Source: Acidobacteriaceae bacterium (GTDB lineage: Bacteria > Acidobacteriota > Terriglobia > Terriglobales > Acidobacteriaceae). Taken from it: a stretch of 64,000 bases of DNA. Below the pieces are notes generated by a model, which saw only the letters and a program-made list of their open reading frames with translations, was not told the origin of the DNA and searched no databases. The stretch spans positions 4,340 to 68,339 of the forward strand of contig DASRRO010000219.1 of assembly GCA_035656855.1 (NCBI GenBank), read 5' to 3'. Positions 36,929 through 46,515 of this stretch are shown here, piece by piece. Made by a program: the position numbers and the translations under genes. Numbering within the stretch: the stretch's first letter is position 1; the number at the start of each line of letters is the position of its first letter.

Positions 36929-38428
36929 CTATTGCGAGCGGTGCTGCTGCGGCGGTTGCGGATGGCGACGGAGGTTGTGGAGCGCGAGATCCTGGGCGGT
37001 GGTGAGGGCGTCGGCTGCCTTGACTTTGACATCGGGTGCGACGCCGACGCCTTCCCAGTCGTGATCGGAGTATGGGTTGACGGGGTGGGATTCGGGGATG
37101 CCCATGCCGAAGTGGTCGTCGATGCGATGGAAGACGCCGGCATGGGCGCCGCCGCGGGTTGTTTCGCCGACGAGGGTGGCGCGCTTCAGCATTTTGAGGT
37201 CGTAGCTGAACTGCTCGGCGCCGGACCAGGTGGCGGAGGAAGTGAGGATGTAGACAGGCTTGTCGGCGAGGAGGCTGCCGGGGACGGGGGAGTGCGTCCA
37301 GGACTCAGCGGAGGGCGCGGCGCGGGGACTGTACATGTAGACCGGGTGGTCGAAGAGCCAGGCGGCGATGAAGGAGACCATGTCGGGGAAGCCGCCGGTG
37401 TTGTCGCGCAGATCGAAGATGAGTGCGTCCGTGTGGTTCAGAGAAGCCATGGCAGCCGTGGCGGTGGGTTGGCACACCGTTGTGTCGGGGAAGAAATCGA
37501 GCTTGAGATAGCCGATGTTGTGGGGCAGGACAGAGACCTTACGGAACATGCAGTTTTGCCGGAGCATGGCCTCGCGATAGCGGGCGAGGTCGGCAGGGGT
37601 GGGCGCAGGCGGAGCGGCGGGCAACGGGCTGGCGCTGTATTCGACGATGAGGTGCGCGTCGTGGCTGGCGTTTCTCATCTGGCGGGTGAGCAGCGCGGCG
37701 AGGGCGCCCCCCTGGGTGGCGGATCGATCGTCGGCACTGTTTTGCTGCGCGAGCAGGGCTGCGGCCGTTTGTTGGCCGATGGCGCGATCGAAGTAGAAGG
37801 CTTTGAGATCGCGGGCGGCGGTTTCAATCACGCGGTGGCGCTCGGCATCGTCGATGAGATTGCCGGGCAGGATGGAAACGCTGGAGGGGGCGGCGGCCTG
37901 CGGGGTTGCCGATGAGGCGAGCGCACCCGGTGCGAGGGCCGCGGCCTCTCCGGTATTGGAGGAAACGGGGAAATTTGCGCCCGATGGGGAAAGGGCAGGG
38001 GAGGATGTTCCCATGGCCGTGGGCCGGGACTGAGCGCGACGTTCCGCGGCCGAGAGCCGGGAGGCAAGCGGAACGCCCGCGTAGTTCAGGAGAAGAAAGA
38101 AAGCGGCTGTGCCGCCGAGGGAAAGTGTGGCGGCAACGACGACGGCGGCTGCGCGCGGAGGGCGAGGCTCGAGGATTCCGAAGGAGGGCATGCCGGTGAG
38201 CGGTTGCCGGGCCGGGGCGATTTCCATGACGGGGCGGAGCGCGCGGTGCTCGCGCGGCAGGGAGACGGCCAGATCGAAAAGGAGATCGCACCAGAGGCGG
38301 AGCCGAGCGAAGATGCCTGGCTCGTCGCGGAGGCGATCGCGGAAGAGTTCGAGGGCATCGCGGGTCCAGGTCCGGCGGAAGTGCGCGGGGTAAAGACTTA
38401 GGAGCAGGGCATAGATCTTTTCAGACAT
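36929..38428 (-). CDS. Membrane-anchored S41-family peptidase with PadR-partner-like N-terminal domain
   Basis: ATG 38428 overlaps the PadR stop by 8 nt; N-terminal LLLSLYPAHFRRTW...; one TM (AAAVVVAATLSLGGTAAFFLLL); S41 core IGYLKLDFF, ALIFDLRDNTGG, ILTSSATWSGAEQF, LVGETTRGGAH. Confidence 0.75.
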   Translation of the reverse strand: MSEKIYALLLSLYPAHFRRTWTRDALELFRDRLRDEPGIFARLRLWCDLLFDLAVSLPREHRALRPVMEIAPARQPLTGMPSFGILEPRPPRAAAVVVAATLSLGGTAAFFLLLNYAGVPLASRLSAAERRAQSRPTAMGTSSPALSPSGANFPVSSNTGEAAALAPGALASSATPQAAAPSSVSILPGNLIDDAERHRVIETAARDLKAFYFDRAIGQQTAAALLAQQNSADDRSATQGGALAALLTRQMRNASHDAHLIVEYSASPLPAAPPAPTPADLARYREAMLRQNCMFRKVSVLPHNIGYLKLDFFPDTTVCQPTATAAMASLNHTDALIFDLRDNTGGFPDMVSFIAAWLFDHPVYMYSPRAAPSAESWTHSPVPGSLLADKPVYILTSSATWSGAEQFSYDLKMLKRATLVGETTRGGAHAGVFHRIDDHFGMGIPESHPVNPYSDHDWEGVGVAPDVKVKAADALTTAQDLALHNLRRHPQPPQQHRSQ

Positions 38429-38774
38429 GGTCCCCCCGGAGGATTTTGCAGGCGCGGGCAACGCGGAGGAGATCGGCGAGACGGTCGGCTTCGGCGCGGG
38501 CGATTTTGCGTCCGGCGGCGGTGAGGCGGTAGTAGCGGCGGCGCTCGCTGTTGGGGGCATCGTCGTCGCGGGGCGGGTCGACCTCTTCGATGAGTTTCTC
38601 GTCGAGGAGGGACTGCACAGAGCTGTAGAGGGTGCCAGGGCCGAGCCGCACGCGGCCGCCGCTCTGCTCCTCGACCTGGCGCATAATGCCGTAGCCGTGG
38701 CGGTCCTCGCCGGCAAGGGCGAGGAGAATCTGGAAGGCGGCGGAGGGAAGCGGATCAAGTTTACGTTTCGGCAT
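38421..38774 (-). CDS. PadR-family transcriptional regulator
   Basis: FQILLALAGEDRHGYGIMRQVEEQSGGRVRLGPGTLYSSVQSLLDEKLIE winged-helix signature. Confidence 0.9.
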   Translation of the reverse strand: MPKRKLDPLPSAAFQILLALAGEDRHGYGIMRQVEEQSGGRVRLGPGTLYSSVQSLLDEKLIEEVDPPRDDDAPNSERRRYYRLTAAGRKIARAEADRLADLLRVARACKILRGDHV

Positions 38775-38844
38775 AGTCGATGATCGATATAACGAGGATC
38801 GAGCTTAAAACGGAAAAGGAACAGGTGTCAAGATTCCCGGGCGA

Positions 38845-38876
38845 AAGAAAAAGGATGGCCGGGGCGCGGCCATCCT
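38845..38876 (-). terminator. Rho-independent terminator after the Big_2/beta-propeller gene
   Basis: Minus strand reads AGGATGGCC-gcgcccc-GGCCATCCT followed by TTTTTCTT. Confidence 0.7.
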
Positions 38877-38896
38877 TTAAAGAGCAGGCAGGTGCC

Positions 38897-41698
38897 TTAC
38901 TTCACGCCGTAGACATCGATTTCGCCCTGGGGATTGGTGACGGTGGTGAGGTCGTGTCCGGTGGAGATGTAGACCTTGCCGTTGGCCACCACAGGCGAGG
39001 TGAATTTGATGCCATAGCCGGGCGTATCCGCGGAGTTCTGGCCGCTGTCCCAGAGCTCATTGGGATAGCTGGCCGCGGAGAAGGCGCGGAGCGTGGCATC
39101 GGTGGGCGGTTGGGTGGTGCCGGGATTGCTGGGATCGCTCTGGGTGTTCTGGAGGGGGAAGCCCTCGTCGATCATCCACACGATGCCGTCGTTGGTGCCG
39201 TTGGCGGAGATGAAGGGGCTGGTGCCGCGGGTGCCCTGCTGGACCGCCGGCGTGGTGTCGGCGAAGGGCGATAGTGTTCCGGAGTATTCGAACTGGCGCA
39301 CGCCGCCGGGGGCGGTGGAGGACGTGGGCGTGACGCCGAGGTAGACGTAGTTGTTGAAGTACGCGGAGGTTCCGAAGATCTCGTAGGAAGTGACGTTAGC
39401 GTTGTTGACGCCGCTGGAGTCAGTGCAGGAACTGGGGTAGGTGCTGCCGTTGGTCAGGCCTGCGCCCCAGACCTGCATCTGCAGGGCGCCGGAATCGTTG
39501 GAGGTTTCGTGGCCGAGATTGCCGCTGTTGACCAGGTACATGGTGCCGGTTTTGCCGCCTGCAATCAGGGTGGTGGTACCGGGGATGAGGATGAGACCGC
39601 CTGCAGCGAGATCAGAGTCGTTGCAGTCCATGTACTGGTAAATGCTGGGCGTGAAGTAGTCGCTGGGCTGCATGGTGCCGGTGGCGCCGGAGGTGGGAGT
39701 GGGCGGGAACTTCAGCACCGAGTCGGCGAAGGCACTGGTGCCGTTCCACGGACCGTTGCCGGTGGTGATGTAGACGTTGCCGGAGCTGTCGGCGACGGGG
39801 CCGCCTGAACCCATCCAGACTCCGCCTGCGCTGGCGTAAGTGCCTTCGCCGTTGAGGGCGGTGCTGGAGTTGAAGACGCCGACCTGGGCGAGGCTGGAAG
39901 CGTTATAAGCAACGAGCCAGCCGCTGTGGCAGCCACCGAACCCGATGTAGACGTTGCCATTGGCGAGGAGCAGAGCGGCGCGCTGAATGCAGGAGGTATC
40001 GAGCGTCTGGATGCCGCCAACCGAAGCGCTGTTGGTGGCGGAAACCGAAACGTTGAGAGTAACGGGGCCGCCGAATTTCTCAGCGCCGGTGGTGATGTCG
40101 AGAGCGTGCAGGCGGAAGAAGCCGGCGCTGCCCGAGGCAATTTGCGCGGAGACGACATAGAGGGTCCCGGTGGAGGGATCGATGACCGGGGTTGAGGTGA
40201 CGCCTTCATACGGCTTGATGGGCGCGGCGGTGAGGGGGGTTTCGCCCGACTGCAGGAGCGAGACCTGCCAGAGCGGCGAGCCGGCGGTATCGGCGTCGAA
40301 GGCGTAGACACTGTCGTGCTCGGTGGCGACGTAGAGGACGTTGTGCTTCGCGCTGTTGATGGTGACGCCGGACATCAGCAAGGGCTCGGCGTAGGCGTAG
40401 CCGTCGATGGGCAGCGAGAAGAGCTTGCCGAAGGTGGCCGGGACGACGTTGGACGGGGTGAGGATTGTCTCGTTGGCGTTGAGGCCGCTGCGGTTGGCAT
40501 CGACGTGCCAGGTGGTGATGTTCACCCCGGACACCGCTGCGGTGATGGTCGCGGTGGTATGGCCGCTGACGGTGTTCGCCGTGGCCGTGATGGTGGTGGT
40601 TCCGGTGGCGGCGGCGGTGGCGAGGCCGGAGCTGTTAATGGTGGCGACGGAAGTATCGGAACTGGTCCAGGTGGCTGTGCTGGTGATGTTGCCGGTGGTG
40701 CTGTCGGTGTAGGTGGCGGTGGCCGTGAACTGCTGGGTGGCTCCCGTGGCAAAGCTCGGGTTAGCCGGCGTGACGGCGATCGAGGAAATGGTCTTCGCGG
40801 TGACAGTGGCGGTCGTCGAACCGGCGATGCCGGTGAGAGTGGCGGTGATGGTGCTGGTGCCCGCCGCGACACCGGTGGCCAGGCCGGAGGCGTTAATGGT
40901 CGCGGCGGAGGTGTTGGAACTGGTCCACGTCACCGTTGAAGTGACGTTTTTGGTCGAACTGTCACTGTAGGTAGCCGTTGCGGTGAATTGTTGGGTGGCT
41001 CCGACGGCGACACCGGGATTGGCCGGTGTGACGGCGATGGATGTGAGCGTCGGCGCCGTCGGCGCGGGGACTGTAAGGGTGGTTGTCCCGGAGACGCCGC
41101 TGAGCGCTGCGGTAATAGTCGCGGATCCCTGTGCGACACCGGTGGCAAGGCCCGCGGCATCAATGGTGGCGACGGCGGTCGCGGAGCTGGTCCATGTCGC
41201 CGTGGTAGTGACATTTTTAGTGGAACCGTCGCTGTAAGTAGCCGTGGCCGTGAACTGCTGCGTGGCTCCGGTGGTCACGGTGGGATTAGCGGGAGTCACC
41301 GCGATGGAAGAAAGCGTCGGGGCTGCGGCGGCAATCGTGAAAGCGCTGTTGCCGTTCACGCCGCTCAGTGAGGCCGTGACGGTGGCCGATCCGGCGGCGA
41401 CAGCGGTGACCATTCCGCCGGAATTGACGGTGGCGACCGACGCGGCGCTGCTGGTCCAGCTGACGGAGGTGGTGACGTTGGCCGTGGAGCCATCGCTGTA
41501 ACTGGCTGTTGCTGTGAGCTGCTGGGTAGCGCCGACGGCAATGCTGGGAGTGGCGGGAGTGACGGCCAGGGCGGTGACCGATTTTGCAACAAGCCGAGGT
41601 CCGGAGGAGCCACCGCATCCACTGAGAAGCGCGATCACGCTAAGGGAAAGAAAAATCACAGCGGACGACCAACAGTGGCGGCGTAAATGGGGGCTCAT
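38897..41698 (-). CDS. Lipoprotein with four Big_2 (bacterial Ig-like) domains and a C-terminal PQQ-like beta-propeller
   Basis: AGGAG RBS; lipobox LLSGC; four ~88-aa units (IAVTPANP..GATQQFTATATYSD..T..VT...TWTSS); propeller motifs such as LYVATEHDSVYAFDADTAGSPLWQ. Confidence 0.8.
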   Translation of the reverse strand: MSPHLRRHCWSSAVIFLSLSVIALLSGCGGSSGPRLVAKSVTALAVTPATPSIAVGATQQLTATASYSDGSTANVTTSVSWTSSAASVATVNSGGMVTAVAAGSATVTASLSGVNGNSAFTIAAAAPTLSSIAVTPANPTVTTGATQQFTATATYSDGSTKNVTTTATWTSSATAVATIDAAGLATGVAQGSATITAALSGVSGTTTLTVPAPTAPTLTSIAVTPANPGVAVGATQQFTATATYSDSSTKNVTSTVTWTSSNTSAATINASGLATGVAAGTSTITATLTGIAGSTTATVTAKTISSIAVTPANPSFATGATQQFTATATYTDSTTGNITSTATWTSSDTSVATINSSGLATAAATGTTTITATANTVSGHTTATITAAVSGVNITTWHVDANRSGLNANETILTPSNVVPATFGKLFSLPIDGYAYAEPLLMSGVTINSAKHNVLYVATEHDSVYAFDADTAGSPLWQVSLLQSGETPLTAAPIKPYEGVTSTPVIDPSTGTLYVVSAQIASGSAGFFRLHALDITTGAEKFGGPVTLNVSVSATNSASVGGIQTLDTSCIQRAALLLANGNVYIGFGGCHSGWLVAYNASSLAQVGVFNSSTALNGEGTYASAGGVWMGSGGPVADSSGNVYITTGNGPWNGTSAFADSVLKFPPTPTSGATGTMQPSDYFTPSIYQYMDCNDSDLAAGGLILIPGTTTLIAGGKTGTMYLVNSGNLGHETSNDSGALQMQVWGAGLTNGSTYPSSCTDSSGVNNANVTSYEIFGTSAYFNNYVYLGVTPTSSTAPGGVRQFEYSGTLSPFADTTPAVQQGTRGTSPFISANGTNDGIVWMIDEGFPLQNTQSDPSNPGTTQPPTDATLRAFSAASYPNELWDSGQNSADTPGYGIKFTSPVVANGKVYISTGHDLTTVTNPQGEIDVYGVK
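40535..41578 (-). repeat. Tandem ~264-nt coding repeats (four Big_2 units)
   Basis: Recurrent GCCGTGAACTGCTGGGTGGCTCC-like blocks at about 264-nt spacing; in frame within the CDS. Confidence 0.8.
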
Positions 41699-42117
41699 CG
41701 ATTCTCCTGGACGGGTATTACACGGACGCTTGATCGGGCGCACACCAGGGCAGGGCTGGACCTTTGGTGAGCGCGTATACAGCAGAAAGGGGTCCGTCGC
41801 ACCTTCGACGGCCGGCGGGAACCTGCGGAAGAAAAAAGCCAAAGCAAAGTCAGCGAACAGCGATAAGCCATTCAAAAGCGTTCTTTCAGGAGCGTGGGTT
41901 GTAAACCTGTATTGATTCGAATTCGCTCCTGCAAACCATTAGTCGAGAGCCAGGCTGGGTCTGGTTGTATGGCCCCGAACAAAAGATGGCCATTCAGTTA
42001 TCGATCTTTGGTAATAGGTTACTTAACGGTTACCTGTACTGGGGCCAGGCGGTCAAGGCTCAGCTGTGGAAAACACGGATTTTAATGCGGATGAAAAGTG
42101 GAGGCGATTTTTCCGCG

Positions 42118-45100
42118 CTATTCGCGGGCCATGAAGTAGTAGACCGCCGGCGTGACGATGAGCGACAGGGCCATGGAGATGAGGAGTCCGCCTATGACGG
42201 CAATGGCCAGGGGCTGAAGCATCTGCGAGCCCTGGCCGATGGCGAAGGCCAGGGGCAACATGCCGGTCATGGCGGCCAGCGCGGTCATGACGATGGGGCG
42301 GAGACGGCGGCGGGCTGCCTGGATCATGGCATCGCGCGGGGAAAGGCCGGCAAGTCGGAAGCGCTGATCGGCGTCGAGCAGGAGGATGCCGTTCTTGGCG
42401 ACGATGCCGATGACCATGATGAGTCCCATGAAGGACGCGACGTTGAAGGTGGTTCGGGTAATGAGAAGGGCGAAGATGACGCCGGAGGTGGAAAGGACGG
42501 AGGAGACGAGGATCGAGGTGGGGGCGGAGAAGTTGCGGAACTCCGCGAGCAGGACGCCGAAGACCAGGACGAGGGCGAGGAGGAGAACCTGTAACAGTTC
42601 ATGGAACGATTTCTGCTGCTCCTGCCAGGTTCCTCCATAGGAGACGCGGACGCTGGAGGGCAGGTGGAGATCGGCGACGGCCTTTTGCACGCGGGCAATG
42701 GCGGTGCCGAGGTCGGAGCCTTCGAGGCGGCCGGTGACGGCGACCATTTGCTGCAGGTTTTCGCGCTGGATTTCGTTCTGAGGGGGGAGCTGCTCGATGT
42801 GGGCGAGGGAGCCGAGGGTGGCGAGCTTGCCGGTGGAGCTGACGAAGATGGTGTTCTCGATGGCATCGAGCGAGCCGCGGTGGGAGTCGTCGAGGCGGAC
42901 GCGGACGGTATAAGGGCGGCCGTTCTGGATGAGGGGCTCGGGAGTGGTGATGCCGTCGAGGATCGAGGTGGCATCGGTGCTGATTTCAGAGGTGGTGAAG
43001 CCGAGGCGGGCGGCGAGGCCGGGATCGACTTCGAAGGTGGTGGCGGGCCCGCTGATGGTGTTGTCGATGCCATTCTCGACATCCACGACGCCCGAGACTT
43101 TGGAGATGGCGTCACCGACGCGGGGCGCGATCTGATTCAGGAGACCCTGGTTGGAGGAGTAGAGCTTGATCTGGACCGGCTCGGGAGCGTTGGTGAGGTC
43201 GCCGAGCATGTCCTGCAGGACCTGGGTGAACTCGATATCGAGCTCGGGCTCGGCGGCGTGGATGCGCTGGCGGGCATCCTGCATGACCTCGTCGATGCCG
43301 CGGCTGCGGTGGTCGGCCAGGAGAACGGAGAAGTCCCCGGTGTTGGCTTCAGTGACGGCGGCAAGACCCATCTGAAGGCCGGTGCGGCGGGAGGTGGTGG
43401 TGACCTCCGGGATCTGGTGGAGGATCTGGTTGACGTGGAGAAGGACGCGGTTGGTCTCCTGCAGAGAGCTGCCGGCGGGCATGATGTAGTCGAGGACGAA
43501 GGCGCCTTCATCCATCTCCGGGAGCAGGTCGGAGCCGAGGCCTTTGTAGGCAAAGAAGACGCCGATAATCAGGACACCGCAGGCGGCGGCCAGCCAAAGA
43601 GGTCGCGCCAGAGCGGTACGGAGAGCCCGTTCGTGGAAGCGCAGAACGGGCGCCATGAGGCCGTGGTGGTGCTCGGATTCGGTCTCCGCATGAGGGTTGG
43701 AATCACCGTGCTGTTTGCCGCCACGGAGAAAACGGAGCGAGAGGGCGGGTGTCCAGGTGAGCGCGAGGGCGAGCGAGGTGAGCAGAGCCACGGTCATGGT
43801 AAGGGCGAGGGCGCGGAAGAAAGTTCCGGTAACGCCGGTGACCGAGATCAGAGGAAGAAAGACGACGATGGGGGTGATGGTGGAGCCGATGAGGGGGTGG
43901 GTAATCTCGCGGAGCGCTTTGCGGACGGCTTGAATGCGATCCTCGCCCGCCTCGCGGTGCAAAGAGATATTCTCCACGACGACGATGGCGTCGTCGATGA
44001 CGAGGCCGACGGCGGCCGCGAGTCCGCCGAGGGTCATCAGGTTGAAGCTCTGACCGAGGGCCCAGAGAGCGATAAACGTCACTGTGATGGTGACGGGAAT
44101 AACGAGGCCGGCGACCAGGGAGGCGCTCCAGTCGCGCAGAAACAGGACGAGGATGATGGCGGCGAGGACAAGTCCGATGAGGATGGCGTCGCGGACGCTG
44201 GCAATGCTGTCGCGGACGAGGTGGGACTGGTCGTAGAAAGGGGAAACGTCAACGCCGGGCGGCAGAGCGCGGCGCAGTTGCGCGATTTCGGCGCTGACTT
44301 CGTCGGCAACGGCGACGGTGTTGGAGTCGGGCTGGCGAAAGACGTTGAGCAGAACCGCGGGCTGGCCGTTCGAGGTGACGATGGTGTAGACGGGCTCGGT
44401 GGCGGGCACGACCTGCGCGACATCGGAGAGGTGAATGGGAACGCCGCCCGCCGTGGCCTTCACCGAGATGTTGGCCAGCTGCTGGAGGTTCGTGGCCTGG
44501 TCTCCCACAAGACCGAGGATGAGCTGGTGATGATCGTTGTAGAGGCCGGGAGACTGAATGAGGTTCGTCTGCTGGACGGCGTTGACGAGGTCGGAGATGG
44601 TAAGCGAGGCGCTGATGAGCTTCGCGGTGTTGGGGATGATGTGATACTCGGGCACCTGGCCGCCCTGGACGACGACCGTGGAGACACCGTCGAGGCGGTT
44701 GATGGGTGGCTTGAGTTCGTAAGTGGCCAGCTCCCAGAGGCGCGTCTGCGAGATGGTTTTGGAGGTGAGGGCGTAGCCGGTGATGGGGTCGAGCGTAGCG
44801 AAGGTCAGGCGGTTGGTAGTGATCTGGGCGGTAGGTGGCAGCGATTGCTGGATGCGGGCGACGGCTGCGTTGACCAGCTGTAGGGTCTGCAGCATATCCA
44901 CATTCCAGCTGAAAAAGAGGCTGATTTCCGCAGAGCCGCGGCTGGTGATGGAGCGGACGGTCTGGAGACCGGGAACGCTGTTGATCGCGTCTTCAAGGGG
45001 CCGGGTGATGGTGACTTCCATCTGCTCGACGGGCATGACGCCGTTATCGACACCGATGACCACGCGGGGGAAGTTGGTCTGCGGAAAGACGGAGACAGGA

Positions 45101-45222
45101 ATGTGGAAGGCGAGGTACGCTCCGGCGACGGCGAGCACGATGGTGAAGAAGAAGATGGCGCGCGCCCAGTGCGGAAGCCAGAAGGATTTTTCCTCGGTGG
45201 TTTCGGTGGCGAGCCCGCTCAT
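42118..45222 (-). CDS. RND efflux transporter permease (CzcA/CusA/AcrB superfamily)
   Basis: 1034 aa; FPQTNFPRVVIGVDNGVMPVEQMEVTITRPLEDAINSVPGLQTVRSITSRGSAEISLFF; 12-TM architecture with two large loops; ATGA overlap with the MFP gene. Confidence 0.93.
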   Translation of the reverse strand: MSGLATETTEEKSFWLPHWARAIFFFTIVLAVAGAYLAFHIPVSVFPQTNFPRVVIGVDNGVMPVEQMEVTITRPLEDAINSVPGLQTVRSITSRGSAEISLFFSWNVDMLQTLQLVNAAVARIQQSLPPTAQITTNRLTFATLDPITGYALTSKTISQTRLWELATYELKPPINRLDGVSTVVVQGGQVPEYHIIPNTAKLISASLTISDLVNAVQQTNLIQSPGLYNDHHQLILGLVGDQATNLQQLANISVKATAGGVPIHLSDVAQVVPATEPVYTIVTSNGQPAVLLNVFRQPDSNTVAVADEVSAEIAQLRRALPPGVDVSPFYDQSHLVRDSIASVRDAILIGLVLAAIILVLFLRDWSASLVAGLVIPVTITVTFIALWALGQSFNLMTLGGLAAAVGLVIDDAIVVVENISLHREAGEDRIQAVRKALREITHPLIGSTITPIVVFLPLISVTGVTGTFFRALALTMTVALLTSLALALTWTPALSLRFLRGGKQHGDSNPHAETESEHHHGLMAPVLRFHERALRTALARPLWLAAACGVLIIGVFFAYKGLGSDLLPEMDEGAFVLDYIMPAGSSLQETNRVLLHVNQILHQIPEVTTTSRRTGLQMGLAAVTEANTGDFSVLLADHRSRGIDEVMQDARQRIHAAEPELDIEFTQVLQDMLGDLTNAPEPVQIKLYSSNQGLLNQIAPRVGDAISKVSGVVDVENGIDNTISGPATTFEVDPGLAARLGFTTSEISTDATSILDGITTPEPLIQNGRPYTVRVRLDDSHRGSLDAIENTIFVSSTGKLATLGSLAHIEQLPPQNEIQRENLQQMVAVTGRLEGSDLGTAIARVQKAVADLHLPSSVRVSYGGTWQEQQKSFHELLQVLLLALVLVFGVLLAEFRNFSAPTSILVSSVLSTSGVIFALLITRTTFNVASFMGLIMVIGIVAKNGILLLDADQRFRLAGLSPRDAMIQAARRRLRPIVMTALAAMTGMLPLAFAIGQGSQMLQPLAIAVIGGLLISMALSLIVTPAVYYFMARE

Positions 45223-46514
45223 TGGCCGTCGTCTCCCTTCGCGGGCTTGTCGTCGGAGTTGTCGCCGTCGCCAGCGGGCTTCACCTGGACTTTGGTGCCG
45301 TCGTCCATGGAGGCGGCGCCGGTGGTGACGACCTGCTGGCCGGCGGAGAGGCCGCTCAGGATCTGGGTTTCGCCGTTGTCGCTGATGCCGGTAGTCACGG
45401 GTGTCTGATGCGCGACCCCATCGCTGCCAACCACCATGACGGCGGATTTACCGGAACTGGTGAGCACAATGGCCGCGGAAGGAACGACCAGAGCTTTCGG
45501 CGCCGTCCGTCCGGCAACGTTGACGTGAACGGCGCTCCCCGGGCGCAGGGAGCCTTTCGGATTCTCGATGCGGACCCAGACCTCGACGGTGGTGCTGCCG
45601 GGGTCGAGGGCCGGGCTGACCAGGGTGATCTTGCCGGAGACGGGCTCGGAGAGGCCGGGCACGTCGACAGTGGCGGGATCGCCGACGCTGAGAATCTGTG
45701 CCTGCGCCTGCGACAGATGGATTTTGGCGAGCAGGGCGCGGGTATCCATGACGGTGATCAGCGGCGCGCCGGCAGCCACGGATTCGCCGGCGAAGAGCGG
45801 CCGGTCGGTGACCACTCCCGTGATGGGGCTGCGAATTTCGGAGTAGCTGAGCTGGGCTTCGGCGCCCTGGTATTTGCCCTGCGCGGATTCAAACTGGCCC
45901 TGGGCGGATTTGAGAGCGGCCGCGTGGCTAACCTCTTTCATGCCGGCGAAGTGTTTGGCGGCGGAATCATAGGCAGCCTGGGCCTGCACCAGGGCGGCCT
46001 GGGCGGTATCGAGGTCGCGGCCGGGAATAGCGCCCTGGGCAAAGAGCTGTTTGCGGCTGGTCACGATGCTCTGGTTCAGATCGAGATTGGCTTTGGCCTG
46101 GGCGAGGTCGAGCTCGGCTTTCTGGTAATCCTCAGGAACGGTGGCTTTGACCTCAGTCTGATAGGTGGCGTCGGCGGAGTCGAAGGCCCCCTGATTGTCA
46201 GTGACGGCGGCCTGAAGATCTTTGCTTTCGAGGGTGGCGAGCAGCTGGCCGGCCTTCACGTGCGCACCGCGCTGGACGTAGAACTTTTTAACCGGGGCCG
46301 TGATCCTGGGAGAGATTGCAGCCTGCGCCACGGGAGCGAGGACGGCATCGGTGACGACGTGCTCGGTGATGGGCTGGACCTGCGCGGTGGCGGCTTCGAC
46401 AGAAACCGCGGTGGGCGCTGCTTCTTCCTTCTTTGAACAGCCGGCCAGAGAGACGAGCAGGCAGATAAGTGCAAGACGCGAGAGCGAACAGACAAGAGGC
46501 GAACGGGTCTTCAT
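45219..46514 (-). CDS. RND efflux periplasmic adaptor (MFP/HlyD family) lipoprotein
   Basis: Lipobox LVSLAGC; lipoyl-like VKKFYVQRGAHVKAGQLLATLE; coiled-coil then beta-barrel segments. Confidence 0.88.
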   Translation of the reverse strand: MKTRSPLVCSLSRLALICLLVSLAGCSKKEEAAPTAVSVEAATAQVQPITEHVVTDAVLAPVAQAAISPRITAPVKKFYVQRGAHVKAGQLLATLESKDLQAAVTDNQGAFDSADATYQTEVKATVPEDYQKAELDLAQAKANLDLNQSIVTSRKQLFAQGAIPGRDLDTAQAALVQAQAAYDSAAKHFAGMKEVSHAAALKSAQGQFESAQGKYQGAEAQLSYSEIRSPITGVVTDRPLFAGESVAAGAPLITVMDTRALLAKIHLSQAQAQILSVGDPATVDVPGLSEPVSGKITLVSPALDPGSTTVEVWVRIENPKGSLRPGSAVHVNVAGRTAPKALVVPSAAIVLTSSGKSAVMVVGSDGVAHQTPVTTGISDNGETQILSGLSAGQQVVTTGAASMDDGTKVQVKPAGDGDNSDDKPAKGDDGQ

Positions 46515-46515
46515 C

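Noticed and set aside
40535-41578. Regularly spaced repeats that could be mistaken for a CRISPR or other non-coding array
   Set aside because: The period is about 264 nt, the repeats are in frame, and they encode Big_2 Ig-like domains in one long CDS. There are no short direct repeats with unique spacers.
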